A DNA stretch of 64,000 nt from Camelus ferus (Eukaryota), in assembly GCF_009834535.1 (NCBI RefSeq), contig NC_045696.1:806001-870000 (forward strand), read 5' to 3'. The notes under the pieces are model-generated. The model had not been told where the DNA came from. It worked only from the letters and a program-made list of their open reading frames with translations, and made no database searches. The translations under genes were made by a program, and so were the position numbers. Within the stretch, counting starts at the first letter, position 1. Every line of letters begins with the position of its first letter. Below are positions 51,057 through 64,000 of this stretch, in pieces.

Positions 51057-54000
51057 AAAACCCTGCGCCGGCCTGGTGGACGCAGGCACACAGCGGGGCC
51101 CACAGAGCCCCCAGCGCTTCCAGGAAGGTAGGGTCGCCCCCATGTTCCCCCCACAAAGGGTCACTCTCCTTGAACTACCCAGACCCCACAGGGGCTCAGG
51201 AGAGGCTGGTGGGTTCTCCCGGGAGCCCCTCCTGTGCAGACACGGCCTGGAGGGAGGGGAGGAGCAGCACTGAAGACCTACCTTATGGGCCAGGGTCTGG
51301 GCCAGCATCCACCTGCTGCCTGGCTGCTCCCCACAGCCCGGGGGCGGGCAGGCGACCCTCAGCACGGAGAGACCAAGCAGCACCCGCCCCCAGGGAGGCC
51401 GACCCATAGAGGTGCAGGGAGCTGGGCGAGGGTGCAGGAGAGGCATGCGGGGCGGCACAGGCACCGCCAGCCTCACCCACCCCCGGGGACAGGTCGGGCC
51501 CTCCAGAGCCATCTCCCCTGGACTCGGCCTGAGGCATCTCTCCGGCTGCAAGGCAGGCCGAGAAGCAGCAGGAGGAAGGGCCTAGCCCAGCCCAAGTCCT
51601 TGGCCTCCTCGGGGAGCGGCCAGACAGGTCAGTGCCAGCCCTCTGTGCCCATGTCCCCGCAGTTCCCCGGATGGGGCTCTCCTCTCAAGGAGAGCGCGAG
51701 TGGGCCTGACCCCCTGCACCCCGACCCTGCCTTGTAGGACAGCCACAGGCCCCTCACCCCCAGCCCTGTCCCCAGCGCTGCGGCCCTGGCCTGGCCTCCG
51801 CCTGCTCCCGTGAAGCTCACGGCAGTCTCCACGCTCATGGATATCATTCAGCCAACGCAGAACGCTGAGTCCACCCCCTCAAGGAAAGCGGCAAACAGAC
51901 ACGGATGCTGTAAAGCTCACTTTCATGTTCGATGACTTTGTTTAAATTAAAAGCATGAAATCACCCTTGGGTGGCGGACCCGACCGCCCCCACGGGCACT
52001 AACCTCAGCTGCCTGCCCCTCCCAGAACACTCCCGGAGGCTCCTGTCTGCCAGCAGGTCCGTGATCGCGTCCACGTCCACGTCCACAGAGGCGGCCCCGT
52101 GAACGCCCCGCCTCCCCTGAAGCTGGGCTTCGGAGAGGGCCCTTGGCAACGAGGTGAACTGGAGCAGGGGCGGGGCTGGGGCCCCGCGGCCCACACGCAG
52201 GGCGCGTCTAGGAGGCAGCCGGCAGTTGCCGCTGCAGCACAGCCCTGTGTGCGGACGTGTCCCACGGACGCCGTGATCTCAGCGAGAGAGAAAGCGACGC
52301 GGAGGGGAGGCTTAGAGCTAGTGCCACAGCACTACAGCTGTTTTCCTGCAGCTATTCCAACAATGAAAGCCACATACAGTATTAGACACATTATATGATC
52401 AGAAGCTAAACTAATCAGTTGTTTGATGCAGAAAATTTAAACAAGCCTAATGAGCAAATCCTGAGCAAGGCAGGGCCAGACCAAAGTGGCCCAGTGACCA
52501 GACCAAGGCTCCCAGGAGCACGACGACCGGGGAGAAGGAGCGCGTGTCCTCGGGAGGCTCCGCGGGGAGAACAAGCGGTGGTTGGACAGACGTGTCTCGT
52601 GCGTGCAGAGCTGGTCACCTCCAGCCATCCCGGAAACGCAGGCCACACCTCTAGGGCCCACAGCGCCAAAGAAGTGTCCAAGGTCAAGTGTCCGCATGGG
52701 CCCCACCTGGTCACATGTCCGCATCTGGGACCCTTCCACTCCTCGTCTGACAGGCATGTGGCCAAACGGTCCCTGCAGTGAATTCTGCCTCCTCCTACCC
52801 ACTCGTCCTCCGAATACGCTCTGCAGAGAGAGTCGGGGGGGACACAAGGGCAGACACGCAGGAGACTGGCGACCCCACGTGCAGACAGGCCTCCACGTCG
52901 GCTCTCCCGCCGCTGCACCGGCGTCACAGCGCGAACACCAAGCCGGCTTCACTCAGGCCCCAGGAGGGGATCGGAGCACAGCCGGCACCGAAGGAACAAG
53001 GAATCAATAAATTATCATCCAATATGTCATCCAAGCCAGAAATAGGGAAATGCGATCTCACTCGACGACGAGCGCTGCAGGACGTGCCCTAGATAACAGA
53101 GGCGCCCTGGCCATTTGTATCTTTCCTCCAGCCGAGCGGCGGGTGACAGGGGGAGGACGTCACGCCCGCTGCAGCGCTGTCTGCCCAAGAGGGGCCTGAC
53201 TTGGAAACTCCTAAGAACGCCGTGTCAGACTCAACAATAAGTTAGATGCATACTGTTTTTTAAATTAAATTACAAAAGCCTGTAACAAAGGACAAGACAA
53301 TGAAAACCACCACAAACATCAAAAGACGCAGAAAAGCCCAGGCTCATGCCAGCGTGTTGGAGGTCTGCGGCGGGTCCACACGAGGGCGGCCCAGAGGCGG
53401 GCCCACGGGGCCACTTTGTGCTGCAGGCCGCAGGGCCACTGGAGAAAGTCCTCAAGGAGAGAGCGGTGGTTTCAGATATGCCCACAGGCCCTGGGGTTGT
53501 CCTCCCTGAAAAAGGTGGAGAATAATTCCCCTCCCTTAAGAGTGGCCTGTACTTCATAAGACACTGTAAAGCTACAGTGGGGCAGAAGGGACACCGTGAC
53601 ATCCAAGACAAGGATATAAAAGCACGTGATCCTCCTGACTCCCCCTCTTGGATCACTGGCTTCGGGAGAAGGAACTGCAGGCCAGAAAGACACTCCGCCG
53701 CCCTCAGGGGAGGCCTCCCGCCTAGGGCTGCACGGGGAGACAGCTCGGAAGCAGCTCCTCCAGCTCCAGGCCGGCACCTGCGCCTCAGGAGGGACCCGGA
53801 GCCAGAAGCACAGCCACGCCGCCCTCAGTAAGTCCTAACCCACAAGGGCTCCGAGACAACACGGATTTGTTGTTCGAAGCCTCTGGGCCGTGGGCCGGGT
53901 GGTTGCACAGCGTAGGAAACCATACGGAGAGAAGGCGAGGAGGGGCCTCTGTGGAGAGATGCATGCAAAGAGGAGCAGAGATGAAAGAAACACAAGCCTG

Positions 54001-54699
54001 TGTCAGGAACACAAGCGGCCTCCACGGCGTCAGCTAGAGACCCAGGTACACCGCCGTGCTGCCGGGGCAGCGGCCTGGGCCACGGTGTCTGTTCCAGGAC
54101 AGGCTGACGGGGGCCGAGCAGGGCGGGCAGTCACCGCACCCTCAAGGCACGGGACAAGCCACCCCAGGAGGCCACACTGGCCACACCCCCCTCAACTTTC
54201 TCCCAGAGACGCCAGAGGCAGGCATCAAAATGCAAAACCTCACAGCCAACAAGGAGACAACTGAAAGAAAACCAATGTGATGAGAGACCCCAGACCCAAA
54301 ATAAGAGTGTTCATCTGAGAAGTCACGAAGCCAACAATAAGCAGTCATTTACCTATCCGGGCAACGGTCACGATGTCCCACACGTGAGAGAGAAACAAGG
54401 AGACACCCAGACGGGGAAAACGTTGTCAAAATGAAAACCTAAAAACCCTGGGACACACACTGTGTAAAGGGGCACAGCTTGAGTGGAATAGAAAGTCGGA
54501 GGATGAAGTCAAGGACCTCTCCAGAAAGCAGAGTGAAAGGAAAAAGAGAACGTAAGAGCAATACGAAGAAGAGGCCCTTCACTTCCAGAAGGAGGGGACA
54601 CAGAGGGCCCAAACACTAGCACTCTGCTTAGATTCGGAAAATCCAAGGACGAGGTCGGAGCTCTAAAGCTTCAACGCGGCGACACCAAATGCTAAGACA

Positions 54700-55735
54700 G
54701 TGAGTGACAGTTCTTTCAGTGCAGCTCTTTAAAGCATGTAGCCCATTAGTATTTAGAGAAATTCTGGTACATCTGGATTTATGCACCATTTTATGTTGTG
54801 TTTTCTACTTTTCTTACGTTTCCTGTAAGTCTCCTTAATTGCCTTCTTGCAGATTTTTTTCCTCCACTACTTTATACATTTTATTCTCTTTACTTCTTAA
54901 CTTAAAAATGATCACATGAGGCCCTAACTTCTCAAAGTCTGATATCCTCACACTCCACCCAAGCAGCCCGGTCACTCCACTCCCTCCCCAAAGACGTGAC
55001 CATGAAGTCATACATTTTAGTTCTGTTCCTGGTCGTTAGCTGCCGGAGAGATCTGTCCCACGGCTTTAAACATTTAATGTGCCTTTGGATTAACTCAAAC
55101 ACACACAACTTTCTCTGTTTTTAATTTTCCTTAAATCTCAGAATTTCCATAGGAAAATGTTCTTTCCTCTTGAAATAGATCCTTTAGAAATGCTTTTAAT
55201 AAAGACCTATAGGTATCAAGTTATCTTGGTTTTTGTTTCTAGGAAATGTGTTTATTTTGCTCTCATTCCTGAACAATGCATTCAGGAAGTACAGAATGCT
55301 AGGTGATTTCTTTTCCCCCACCACATGGACGGTCCAACTATGTTCCCATTTCCACTGGTGCAGTTAAAAGGCACCTGATGGCCTTAATGGTCCTTCTTTG
55401 AACAAATTCTTTTCTCTCTGTTATGACCCTTCACTTGTCTTCAGTATTCAAGAGGTTCACCATGATCTGCCTGGACACAGATTTCTCTTCATTTCACACA
55501 ACTGGTATTTGTTAGGATTTCTGAAACTGTACAATGGTGGCTTTCATCGGTTCTGGAAAACTGGTAGCCATCAACTCCTCAAATATTACCTCTACCCAAC
55601 TCTTCTCTCTTCTCCTTCTGAACACCAATGAATCCCACTATGCCTTTTCCATCTCTTTCCAAGTCAAGTCTCTTATCCCCTCTTTCATTGTTTCTCTTGC
55701 TTTGTCTCTCTGGGCTGCATTCTGGATAATCACTA
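54700..55735 (-). mobile_element. Old L1 ORF1-region fragments
   Basis: Antisense motifs aaatgtgtttattttgctctcattcctgaa, cagaatgctaggt and ttctggaaaactggtagccat. Confidence 0.6.
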
Positions 55736-55739
55736 TAGT

Positions 55740-58700
55740 TCACAGGAAAAAAACAGAAGGACGGTGAGTTTGGAAAAGACGTTAAGTGACAAGAAGCGTA
55801 GACTAAGAAAGTCTGACCTGATTAATTGGGGGTTTGGAAGAAGAGCAAAACGTGGCAGAAGTAACATCTGACGAGATAAACGACATGAAATGTTGAAGGA
55901 AGCTGCTCCAACAGACGCATGATGACACCAAGCAGAAACCTGGACCTACGCGAACAGGAGTCTTGTAACAAGCGAAGAAGCTGAATTCCCAGCCTACAAC
56001 TTTCCAACAAAGAAAACTCCACACTCAAATGGCTTTAATGGAAAATTCTAACAAACAATTAAGAAATACAGAATTCCGATTCTGCACAAACTCCTCCGGA
56101 AAACAAAGGAGGAGGGAACACTTTCCACTGGTTTCATGAGGTCAAAATTATATTAACAACAAAACCACATGAAGTCATTTCAAGGAAGGAAAACTACACA
56201 CCCAAATCCCTCATGAATATACATGCAAACATCCTTAACAAAATCCCTTTTATATAACACATCATAACTAAGTAGGATTTGACCCAGTAATGTTAGTCCA
56301 ACATTTGAAAATCAAGCAATGTAATTTACCATTTTGGGGATTAAAAATTAAGAACTTTCGTGTACCAAAGCACACTACAATGAAAGTGAAAAGACAATCC
56401 AAAGAATGGGTGAAAAATTATATAAATTATTTATCTAAGGGTCGAGTATCCAGAATTTATAAATTCAACAATAAAAAAGACATCCCAACTAAAGAGTGGG
56501 AAAGGAATCTGAACAGACATTTCTTCAAAGAAGATCTGCAAATGGTCAGTAAACACATGAAAAGGCAGCATTAGTCTTAGACAAAGGCTAATCAGTACCA
56601 CAGTGAGATACCACTTCCCAGCAGCTAGGATGGCTAGAGCCAAAAAGCTGGAAAACACCAAGTAACACAGAGAAACTGGGACACTCAAACATTGCTAGTG
56701 GGAATGTAAAATTTCTCAGCCACACTGGAAAATAGTTTGGTGTTTCCTCAAAGAGTTAAACACTGGAGTTACCATATGATCCCACAGTTCCACTCCTAGA
56801 TATAAGCCCAATAAATTAAAACATATATTCAAACAAAAACTGCACATAAATATTCATAATGGCCCCAAAGTAGGAATAACTCAAATACCCATCAGTTGAT
56901 GAAGGAAATGTGGCATACGCATATGATGGAATATTGTTTAGCCACAAAAAAGGACTATAGCACTAAGAGATGCTACTTATACAGGGACCTTGAAAACGTC
57001 ATGCTAAGTGAAAAAAGCCAGACACAAAAGGTGATGTGTTACATGGTTCCAATTATATGAAGTGTTCAGAACAGGCAAATCCATAGAGACCAAAAGTAGA
57101 TTCGTGGTTGCTGGGGGTTGGGAGGGAGGAATGACTCGGGAATGATCACAATGAGGACGGAATGTCCGTTAAGGGTGATGAAGATGTTCTGGAATTGGGT
57201 GGTGGTGACAGGCGCACGGGCTAGTGAACACACTGAAAGCCACGGAACATTACACTTTAAATGGTGACTGCCATGATATGTAAATTTTATCTCAAAAGCA
57301 AAGTAAAAACAAAAAGGATGTCAACTATCCTCAAACTGATCTCCAGACTCAACAGTTCCAATCACAATCCCAGCAGTCTTTTTTGTAGAAATTGACAAGC
57401 TGATTCTAAAATCCGTGTGGAATAGCAAAGGAGTCAGAACAGGAAAACAGTCTTGAAAAAGAAGACTCACTGGGGGACTCATCCTGCTTGATTTCAAGGT
57501 GTGCTCTGATGCCACAGTGATCCCGATGCTGCGGTACTGGGCAAAGGACAGGCACGTCCAGCAGGGAAACAGAGCGTGGAGCCCCAAGACAGGCCTGCCC
57601 GCACACGGTGGGCAAGGAGCGAAGACAGTCAACGGGGAGAAGAGCAGTCCTCTAACAAACAGCGGCGGAGGGCTGTACGCCCGCGGGGGAGACGGAGACT
57701 GTGCCTGTGTCTTGCCTGTATCAGAGGGGGGGCATGATTCAGAGACCAAAGTGTGAAACACAGTATTGTACTATTTCTAGAATAAAACATGGGAAATAAT
57801 TTTTGTGACCTTGAGGAAGGCATGGAACTTTTGGCTAGAACATAGAGAACCATAAAAAACATAGAGAAATTTCACTTTATCAAGACTAAACACTGCTGTT
57901 TTGAAAGACACTCTTGAGAAAATAAACAAGCCACACTCTGGGAGAAAATATTTGGAAAACATGCATCTGATAAATGACTGGTGTCCAGAGTACACAACAA
58001 ACCCTCAAAACTCAGTAACAGGAAAACAAATAGTACAAAAATGTTAGTAAGCAAAATATCTGAACAGACATCTCACCAGAGGAGACATGCAGACGGCAAA
58101 TAAACACGGGAAGAAATGTTCAATAGCATTAGTCACCAGAAAACTGCAAATGAAAACTATGAGATACCACTATGCACTCACTAGAAAGAATGAAATTTTT
58201 TAAACTGACGTCAAAAGTTAACATTTCAAGAGCAAATGTCTGTGGGAACACAGAACAGTGCAATAACTTAGGAAAACAAGTTTCTTACAAAGTTAGACAC
58301 ACACTTGTCAAATGACACGGAAAAGCTCAGGTACTTCCCTATTAAAAATGAGGACCTGCGTCCACGTAAAGGCCTATGCGAGAAAGTAGCCAGCGGGTTC
58401 AGTCAGGACCTCCGAACCAGAAATCTCCAAACGTCCGTCAGTCAGCAACTGGGTAAACAGATGATGGTACATCCATTCAATATGACTCAACAACAGTATG
58501 AATGCATCTCGAAAGCATTATGGGTAGGTTAAAAAAAAAAACAGAACAGACTCAAAAAGCTCCAGACTGTGATTCCATTCACACAACACCCTAAGGAAGT
58601 CAAAGTGCAGACACGACAGACAGATCAGTATTTGTCTGGGGCTCTAGGAGCAGGGAGAGGCATGAGGGCACTTGGGGTAGGGAAAACACTCTGTATTACG

Positions 58701-58797
58701 ATTGTGTTGATTGTTAATATCTGTCTATGTTGGTCAAAACTCACCAAACTGTATCCCTAAAAAAAAGTGAATTTTATTCTACATTAATTATACCTCA
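55740..58797 (+). mobile_element. Nested old L1 copies (a 3' copy at ~56340-57300 inside another L1)
   Basis: Two successive ORF2 3'/3'UTR sets, ending taaattttatctcaa (~57290) and aattatacctca (~58797). Confidence 0.85.
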
Positions 58798-58990
58798 CTA
58801 TATATAAAATAGATAAACAACACGTTTCTACTGTGGAGCACAGGGAACTATATTCAATGTCTTGTAGTAACCTCTAATGAAAAAGAAAATGAACATGAAT
58901 ATATGTGTGTATGTGGATGATGGAACTATTATGATGCACACCAGAAACTGACATAACATTGTCAACTGACTACACTGCAATTAAAATAAA
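58798..58990 (+). mobile_element. 5'-truncated L1 3'UTR insertion with TSD
   Basis: TSD aattatacctca (58786-58797) / aactacacctca (58991-59002). Confidence 0.9.
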
Positions 58991-59029
58991 AACTACACCT
59001 CAATGAAACACACGTGACAAAGAGAGAAC

Positions 59030-61450
59030 TCCCATGCAGAATAAACATAAAGACGTCGATACCGAGATGCATCATGGTGAAATTACACAACACCGAAAAC
59101 AGAGAAGATCTTAAATGTAGCCAGAGTTTTAAAAATTCCTTGAAAGGAGTATCACTTAGATTGAAAGACAGCCTCTCCGCAGAAGAGCAAGCCAAAGAGA
59201 GTGGAGTATAATCTTTGCCAACTCCAAGGAAATAACGTTCCACCCAGAACTTTAAGAAGTATCTGTCTTAAATATCTTTCAAGAATAAAGTGAAAGATAA
59301 TTTTAAAGTTATTTCAAACCATTTTTGTTTTATTAGCTTTTGGCCAGAAGGAGGCACTACTGCCGGCTGCTCTGTGACTGGGTTTTCGGCCTCTCCACCG
59401 AGCTCTGAGCTCTGCTGGCAATTTCCACTTATTTGTTTATGGCACTGCGAGAAGATGTCATGCTAAATAAAAACCTCTGAGGATTTTCAAGCTGTAACCA
59501 GAGAAAAATATAAAATTTTTTTAAATGCTGCTGAAAATGTAAGATAATTTCTAGGAGTCATAAAAAGAGACACTGGCAGATTTTGGTAGATTAGCAAGCC
59601 AAAATTAACCACCCCAGAGGAGGAAATAAGTCAGCAAAAAAATAATCACCAAAACCAAGAAAAAAAAAAAGAATACCACTGGCAAAGATACGACGTCAGT
59701 CAACACGTTAGGCTTCAGGAGCACAAGAATTATTCAACAGTAAGCTTTTCCTGGGTACCTGAACTATTCCTGTGGTGCCCCTTCACTGTGGCAATGTTGT
59801 ACATATATTTAACAAGGCAAAGACATATCAGCACTCCTGAACTTGGAAACAAAGCTTTTTCTAGACAAAAGTACCTTGCGTGTCATCTTTTTCCATTAAA
59901 ACTGATTCTCACTTTTGAAAGCAATCTTAGGTAAAACAACTTCATACTGACTCAGTAAATAAAACATGGTCTGAACATTAAAGACAAAACATTTGTAAAA
60001 GGAAAATAAAGAAGGTTTCAGTTAAAAATTGTTTTCCATGAACACTGTCACCGTGATGCGTTTCAGAGGCAGCAGTATGTAAAGAAGAAGAAATGAAGGG
60101 CAAAGAATTGGGGTGGGGGGGAGTACATCTAGAAGGGCAGTGACAGTGAGGGCGTCAGATAACAAAGAAGGGGGCACAGCGACAGAGTGAAATAACACTC
60201 GGGTCAGGCGGGGTCATCAGAGACGAAGTATTTTAAGAAACCTGTGTCATTTGGGGTGTGGCTAAAGGTACCAATTAAATGTAAACGTTGATAAATCAAG
60301 TACACGTATAAGCCAAACACGAAAATAAGAGAAACCAAAATTACACAGTGAAGGAGAAAACTGATGAGAAATAAACACAATGTGTCAATCAAAAAATGTA
60401 GACGGGAGAAAAAATAAACATTAAAAAGTTGAGCTAAACAAAAAGCACAAAATAAGACTGTAGGAAGGATCCAAATCTATACGAAATTGAAGTAGATTAA
60501 AGTAAACTGAACGCCCCAATCTTTAAAAGACGAAGATTGTCACAGAGGATAAAACTAAGCTCCATTAGGTACCATTTAGAAAGACACAGCTAAAACATAC
60601 AGAGACTGAAAGAGGGGAAGACAAATACACCAGAGAAAATGTAAGGCAAAAAAAGCTAGATCCAAGACAGACCATGTTGCATACAGATAAAGGGGCTCAG
60701 TTTAATTGCACGATGTTACAATGCCAGACCACGGGCACCCCAAAAAAGTCTCAATGTTTTATACAAAGCAGAAATGAATAGAGGCACAGGAAAGTAGACA
60801 AAGCCATAATCGCACTGGCAGATTTAAACACAGCTCTCACGGTGACCGATTAGGAAAAATATCTAAAAGGAAAGGCAACATTTAGACAAAATTCCAAGCG
60901 TCATCTCATGGACAGACGTGGAGCTTAAGCTCCAAACCGGCAGAATGTGTTCTGCTTTGAAACACAGCACATTTCTGATGCCCGAGCACATGTGAGCCAC
61001 TTCTATGCATGTCAAAGACTGTGGACACAGAGACCGCCTTGCCAACAATGCAGTGAACCAAGACACTAAAATATTTTAAAATATTGTATATATAATTATA
61101 AATGTATATTTTACATAATGTATTTTTTTAAACTCTATGTGTCTGGAACTGAGAAACACTTCTAAATAACTTCCAAGTCAAAAAAGAAGCTGTAGTAGAA
61201 ACATAACATTTGTAAGTGAAGGATTACAGAAGTACCATATATCTTAATCTGTGCACTGCAACAAGCTGTACTTAGAAAGGAGAAAATACGAGTGATTTTC
61301 TCTTTAATCTGAGTGTAGGGAAAGGCTATCTAATTATGACTTAAAAACCAGGATGCAATAAAAGAAAAGACAGATAAATTGAACTTCATAAAAAATAGAA
61401 ATATTTGGCACGGCAAAATTGCCATGAAAAAATATTCATGACAAATAAAT
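59030..61450 (+). mobile_element. Old L1 ORF1-ORF2 fragments, interrupted by a ~700-bp non-L1 insert
   Basis: atcatggtgaaattacacaacac, atatctttcaagaataaag, ggcagatttaaacacagctctc and acacttctaaataac motifs. Confidence 0.7.
59301..59995 (-). pseudogene. Probable retroposed transcript 3' fragment of unknown origin
   Basis: AT-rich non-repeat insert within L1. Minus-strand AATAAA (59334-59329) lies ~25 nt before a short A run at the junction, with degenerate TSD-like flanks. Confidence 0.4.
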
Positions 61451-64000
61451 GGAAAAAACACCTGCATCACACATCACCGTACACCTCCAGTGTCGCAGAA
61501 AGCCTGCAGAGTAGGACAGAAATGCCCAGAGTGAGGAGACTGAGGACACCGGACAGCCAGCTACAGCACCAGACCCCGGACGGGACCCGGACGGGGCCCT
61601 CCACCAGGTCCAGCGCTGGGGGGACCAGCGCTGCCAGGCAATGCAGAGTCTGCAGAAGCTGCAGGAAGGCAGTCTGCAGATCGCAGTCTGGTCCCCGACT
61701 GCGCGGGAGAAAGCCCCGTTCTGGGCAGAGAGCAGCTCTCCTGCACGCCACATCCAAACCCCTCCCGACTCACTGGAGACCAACATCCCAGCAGCATTCC
61801 AGCTCTGTCTGCTTAACCTTCAAACTTTGTTTCTCTCCTAACACCTGTTCAGGTTTTAAACATATTCAAATAGCTCCTATTAAAAACAGGTACACAGCTC
61901 TCTCCAAGACCCGTGTTTTCAGAGTCAAACATTTCAACAGCCACCCACTCTTCCCTCTCCGTCACTTCAAGACGCTGAATCTAGAGAGTTTCCCTCTCGG
62001 TCACATCAGATCTGGTGGACGCCATCTGTCCCCATCCCACCCTCCTCCCTTCCCAGCCCGCAGACAAGAGGAAGCGTTTCGCTCCAGTGCACGGCATTTC
62101 CTTGGGTCTCCTGTCACAGGCCCTCTCCAAACCACTGGAGAAAATGGAAAGCGGCCCGGTTTCCTGAAAGTGGCTTTGCCAGGGGTACCTGCCGTCTGAG
62201 CGTCGTAGGGTTTACCAGTGACGGAGCAAAGGAGTAACGAGCACGGGGTGGGGGAGGGGGGCTCTGGACTCTGCCCTGGTGTTGACTTCGGTCTCCTCGC
62301 CGATAAAGCCAGATAATCAGAGGCCCAGGAGACCGTGGGGACCAGTGAGGCTCTCGTGCCTGGAGCACAGAAAACGCAAGGCCACCTTGTCGCACTCGCC
62401 ATCTTTCACAGGAAGACGCCGCCACCCCTAGCCCACTCTGCAGACGCTTAAACGGCCTGAACCCGACTCCGGGGCCAGGCAAGCCAGCTCAGGAGACCCA
62501 GCCCCGACAGGTGAAGAAGCAGCACAGACAGGGACAGCGACTGAGCCCAGGTGCCAGGCCATAGGGCGACCGGTGGGGATGGAAGCAGAACCAGCCCCTG
62601 GATCCCCCAGCAGACTCCACCAGCCCAGGTGGGGTCCTGCTGGAAAGTTCTCTTCCCATGACTTGTGCTCACGCTCTGCCAGATTTTAACACAGTGGATG
62701 CCAAGCAGCGGTCCCTGCCCGGCGACCGGGACAGCTGCTCTCCAGCTGTGCCCAGCCCTGCTGGCTGCAGCCCAAGGCCCCGGCTCCGCAGACGGCAGCC
62801 TCTTCAGCAGCGTGTCGGACCCAGAGCTGGGCAAGATCACCATGTGTCCTCAGTTACAGGGCAGACAAAGCTGCAGGGTCACAGCCTTGTGCCCTGAAAC
62901 AGCCAGCTCTCGATAAAGACGAAGGGCTGCCCGGAAGACCTCTGTCCAGCTCAGGGCTAGGAGCCTGTCCCTGGTCACCCCTCACTCCAAAGAGAAGTGC
63001 ACGGCGTGTGCACTGACTCAAAGGGTACAAGCTGTTATGCACCCAGCCTTCTGGAGGAAGTCCTGAATGAGCAGAGACTGTGTTTAACCAGAGAGGCAGA
63101 AGCATCCTTGGCCCTGTGACCATGCAGTGCATCCCCAGGGTGGGAAACCTCAGGTTGCCTTTGGCCAGAGCTGAAGGTGGGTGCTGCCCTCCACACCTGG
63201 GCACACTAACCCACTCCCTCCAGAGCAGCGGCTGAGCTGCTGGCGTGTACCGTGGAACCTTGGTAAACAAAGCGTACAGAGAAGCTGGCTCCTGCTTGTC
63301 TAAACGTGTGCCTAGAGGCCACTCATCCTCCACCCCACACACTGTCCCTGGCCCCACGGGCAGTCCCACAGCTCCACATCCATCACTGCCCCTGCACGCG
63401 GGGCCGCCAGACAGCCTGGCCACAGGCAGCCGGCAGGGGGAGGAAGATGAGTCATCCGGTGAAAAGCCGTCAGCCCCTTCATGCCAGGCTGCTCTGGGAG
63501 CACGGCGCTCCCCAGCGTCTCCAGGAGCGGACAGAAGACCAGAGGAGCCCAGAATGAACTCGAGTCCTCCAAAATGGAAGAAGCCAAGAGAAGGAAGGAA
63601 GGAAGCAAACGGGAGCCTTGGGGCCTGCGTGGACCAGTCTGGGTGGTACCCACGCACCGGGCCCCTCTCTGTGCCCCAGGAGAGGTGCCAGGCCTGTGAA
63701 ACACCCGGCGGAATAAAGAGCCAGTCAGAACCTGGGGAGGCGGGGGAGCAACGGAGCCAGGCGACACCATCTGGAGGCCCTGGCAATGCTCTCGAGGGCA
63801 GGAAGCCGCCAGGTGAGCTCCCCCTCGACGAGCCGGAACGTCCTGACCTCACAGCAATGGGCTCCACGTCTAACCAGCAACCACCCCTGCGAGGTCCCTC
63901 CCTCCCGGCCGCAGTCCTCTCCTCCTCACGCTGCACACCCTCATCCTTGCTGCGGCAGCCAGCCGGCTGTCCCCCGCCCGTCCCTCTGCCGTGACCACAG

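Noticed and set aside
52004..52158. Possible minus-strand exon (FTSLPRALSEAQ...VDAITDLL)
   Set aside because: The splice sites are only moderate (C-rich acceptor, gttagt donor) and the peptide matches nothing I know. Such sites are common by chance here.

Overview
Mammalian genomic DNA, not microbial. A Vic-1-like tRNA-derived SINE and cetartiodactyl-type L1 3' ends point to a camelid. The window is GC-rich, subtelomeric in character and largely intronic. Much of it is decayed L1/L2/MIR/MaLR sequence plus three solo ERV LTRs. The only coding sequence I can support is a minus-strand exon (4891-4776) ending ATG GGG GAA G|GTGAGT. This matches, from memory, the start-codon exon of PCBP3 (poly(rC)-binding protein 3, N-terminus MGEGDAFWAP...). 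If so, about 4.9-64 kb is its large 5'UTR intron and 1-4775 is the following intron. The long six-frame ORFs are chance products of high GC or L1 remnants. I see no evidence of a new multi-gene system. The best second-look items are: a 96-bp near-perfect inverted repeat, candidate micro- and frameshifting exons, a sense-oriented retro-like insert with a 3' splice site and AATAAA, a templated-insertion scar, atypical L1 insertions, and patchy AT-to-GC drift in L1 copies. Repeat subfamily names and boundaries are approximate and come from remembered consensus sequences, not searches.
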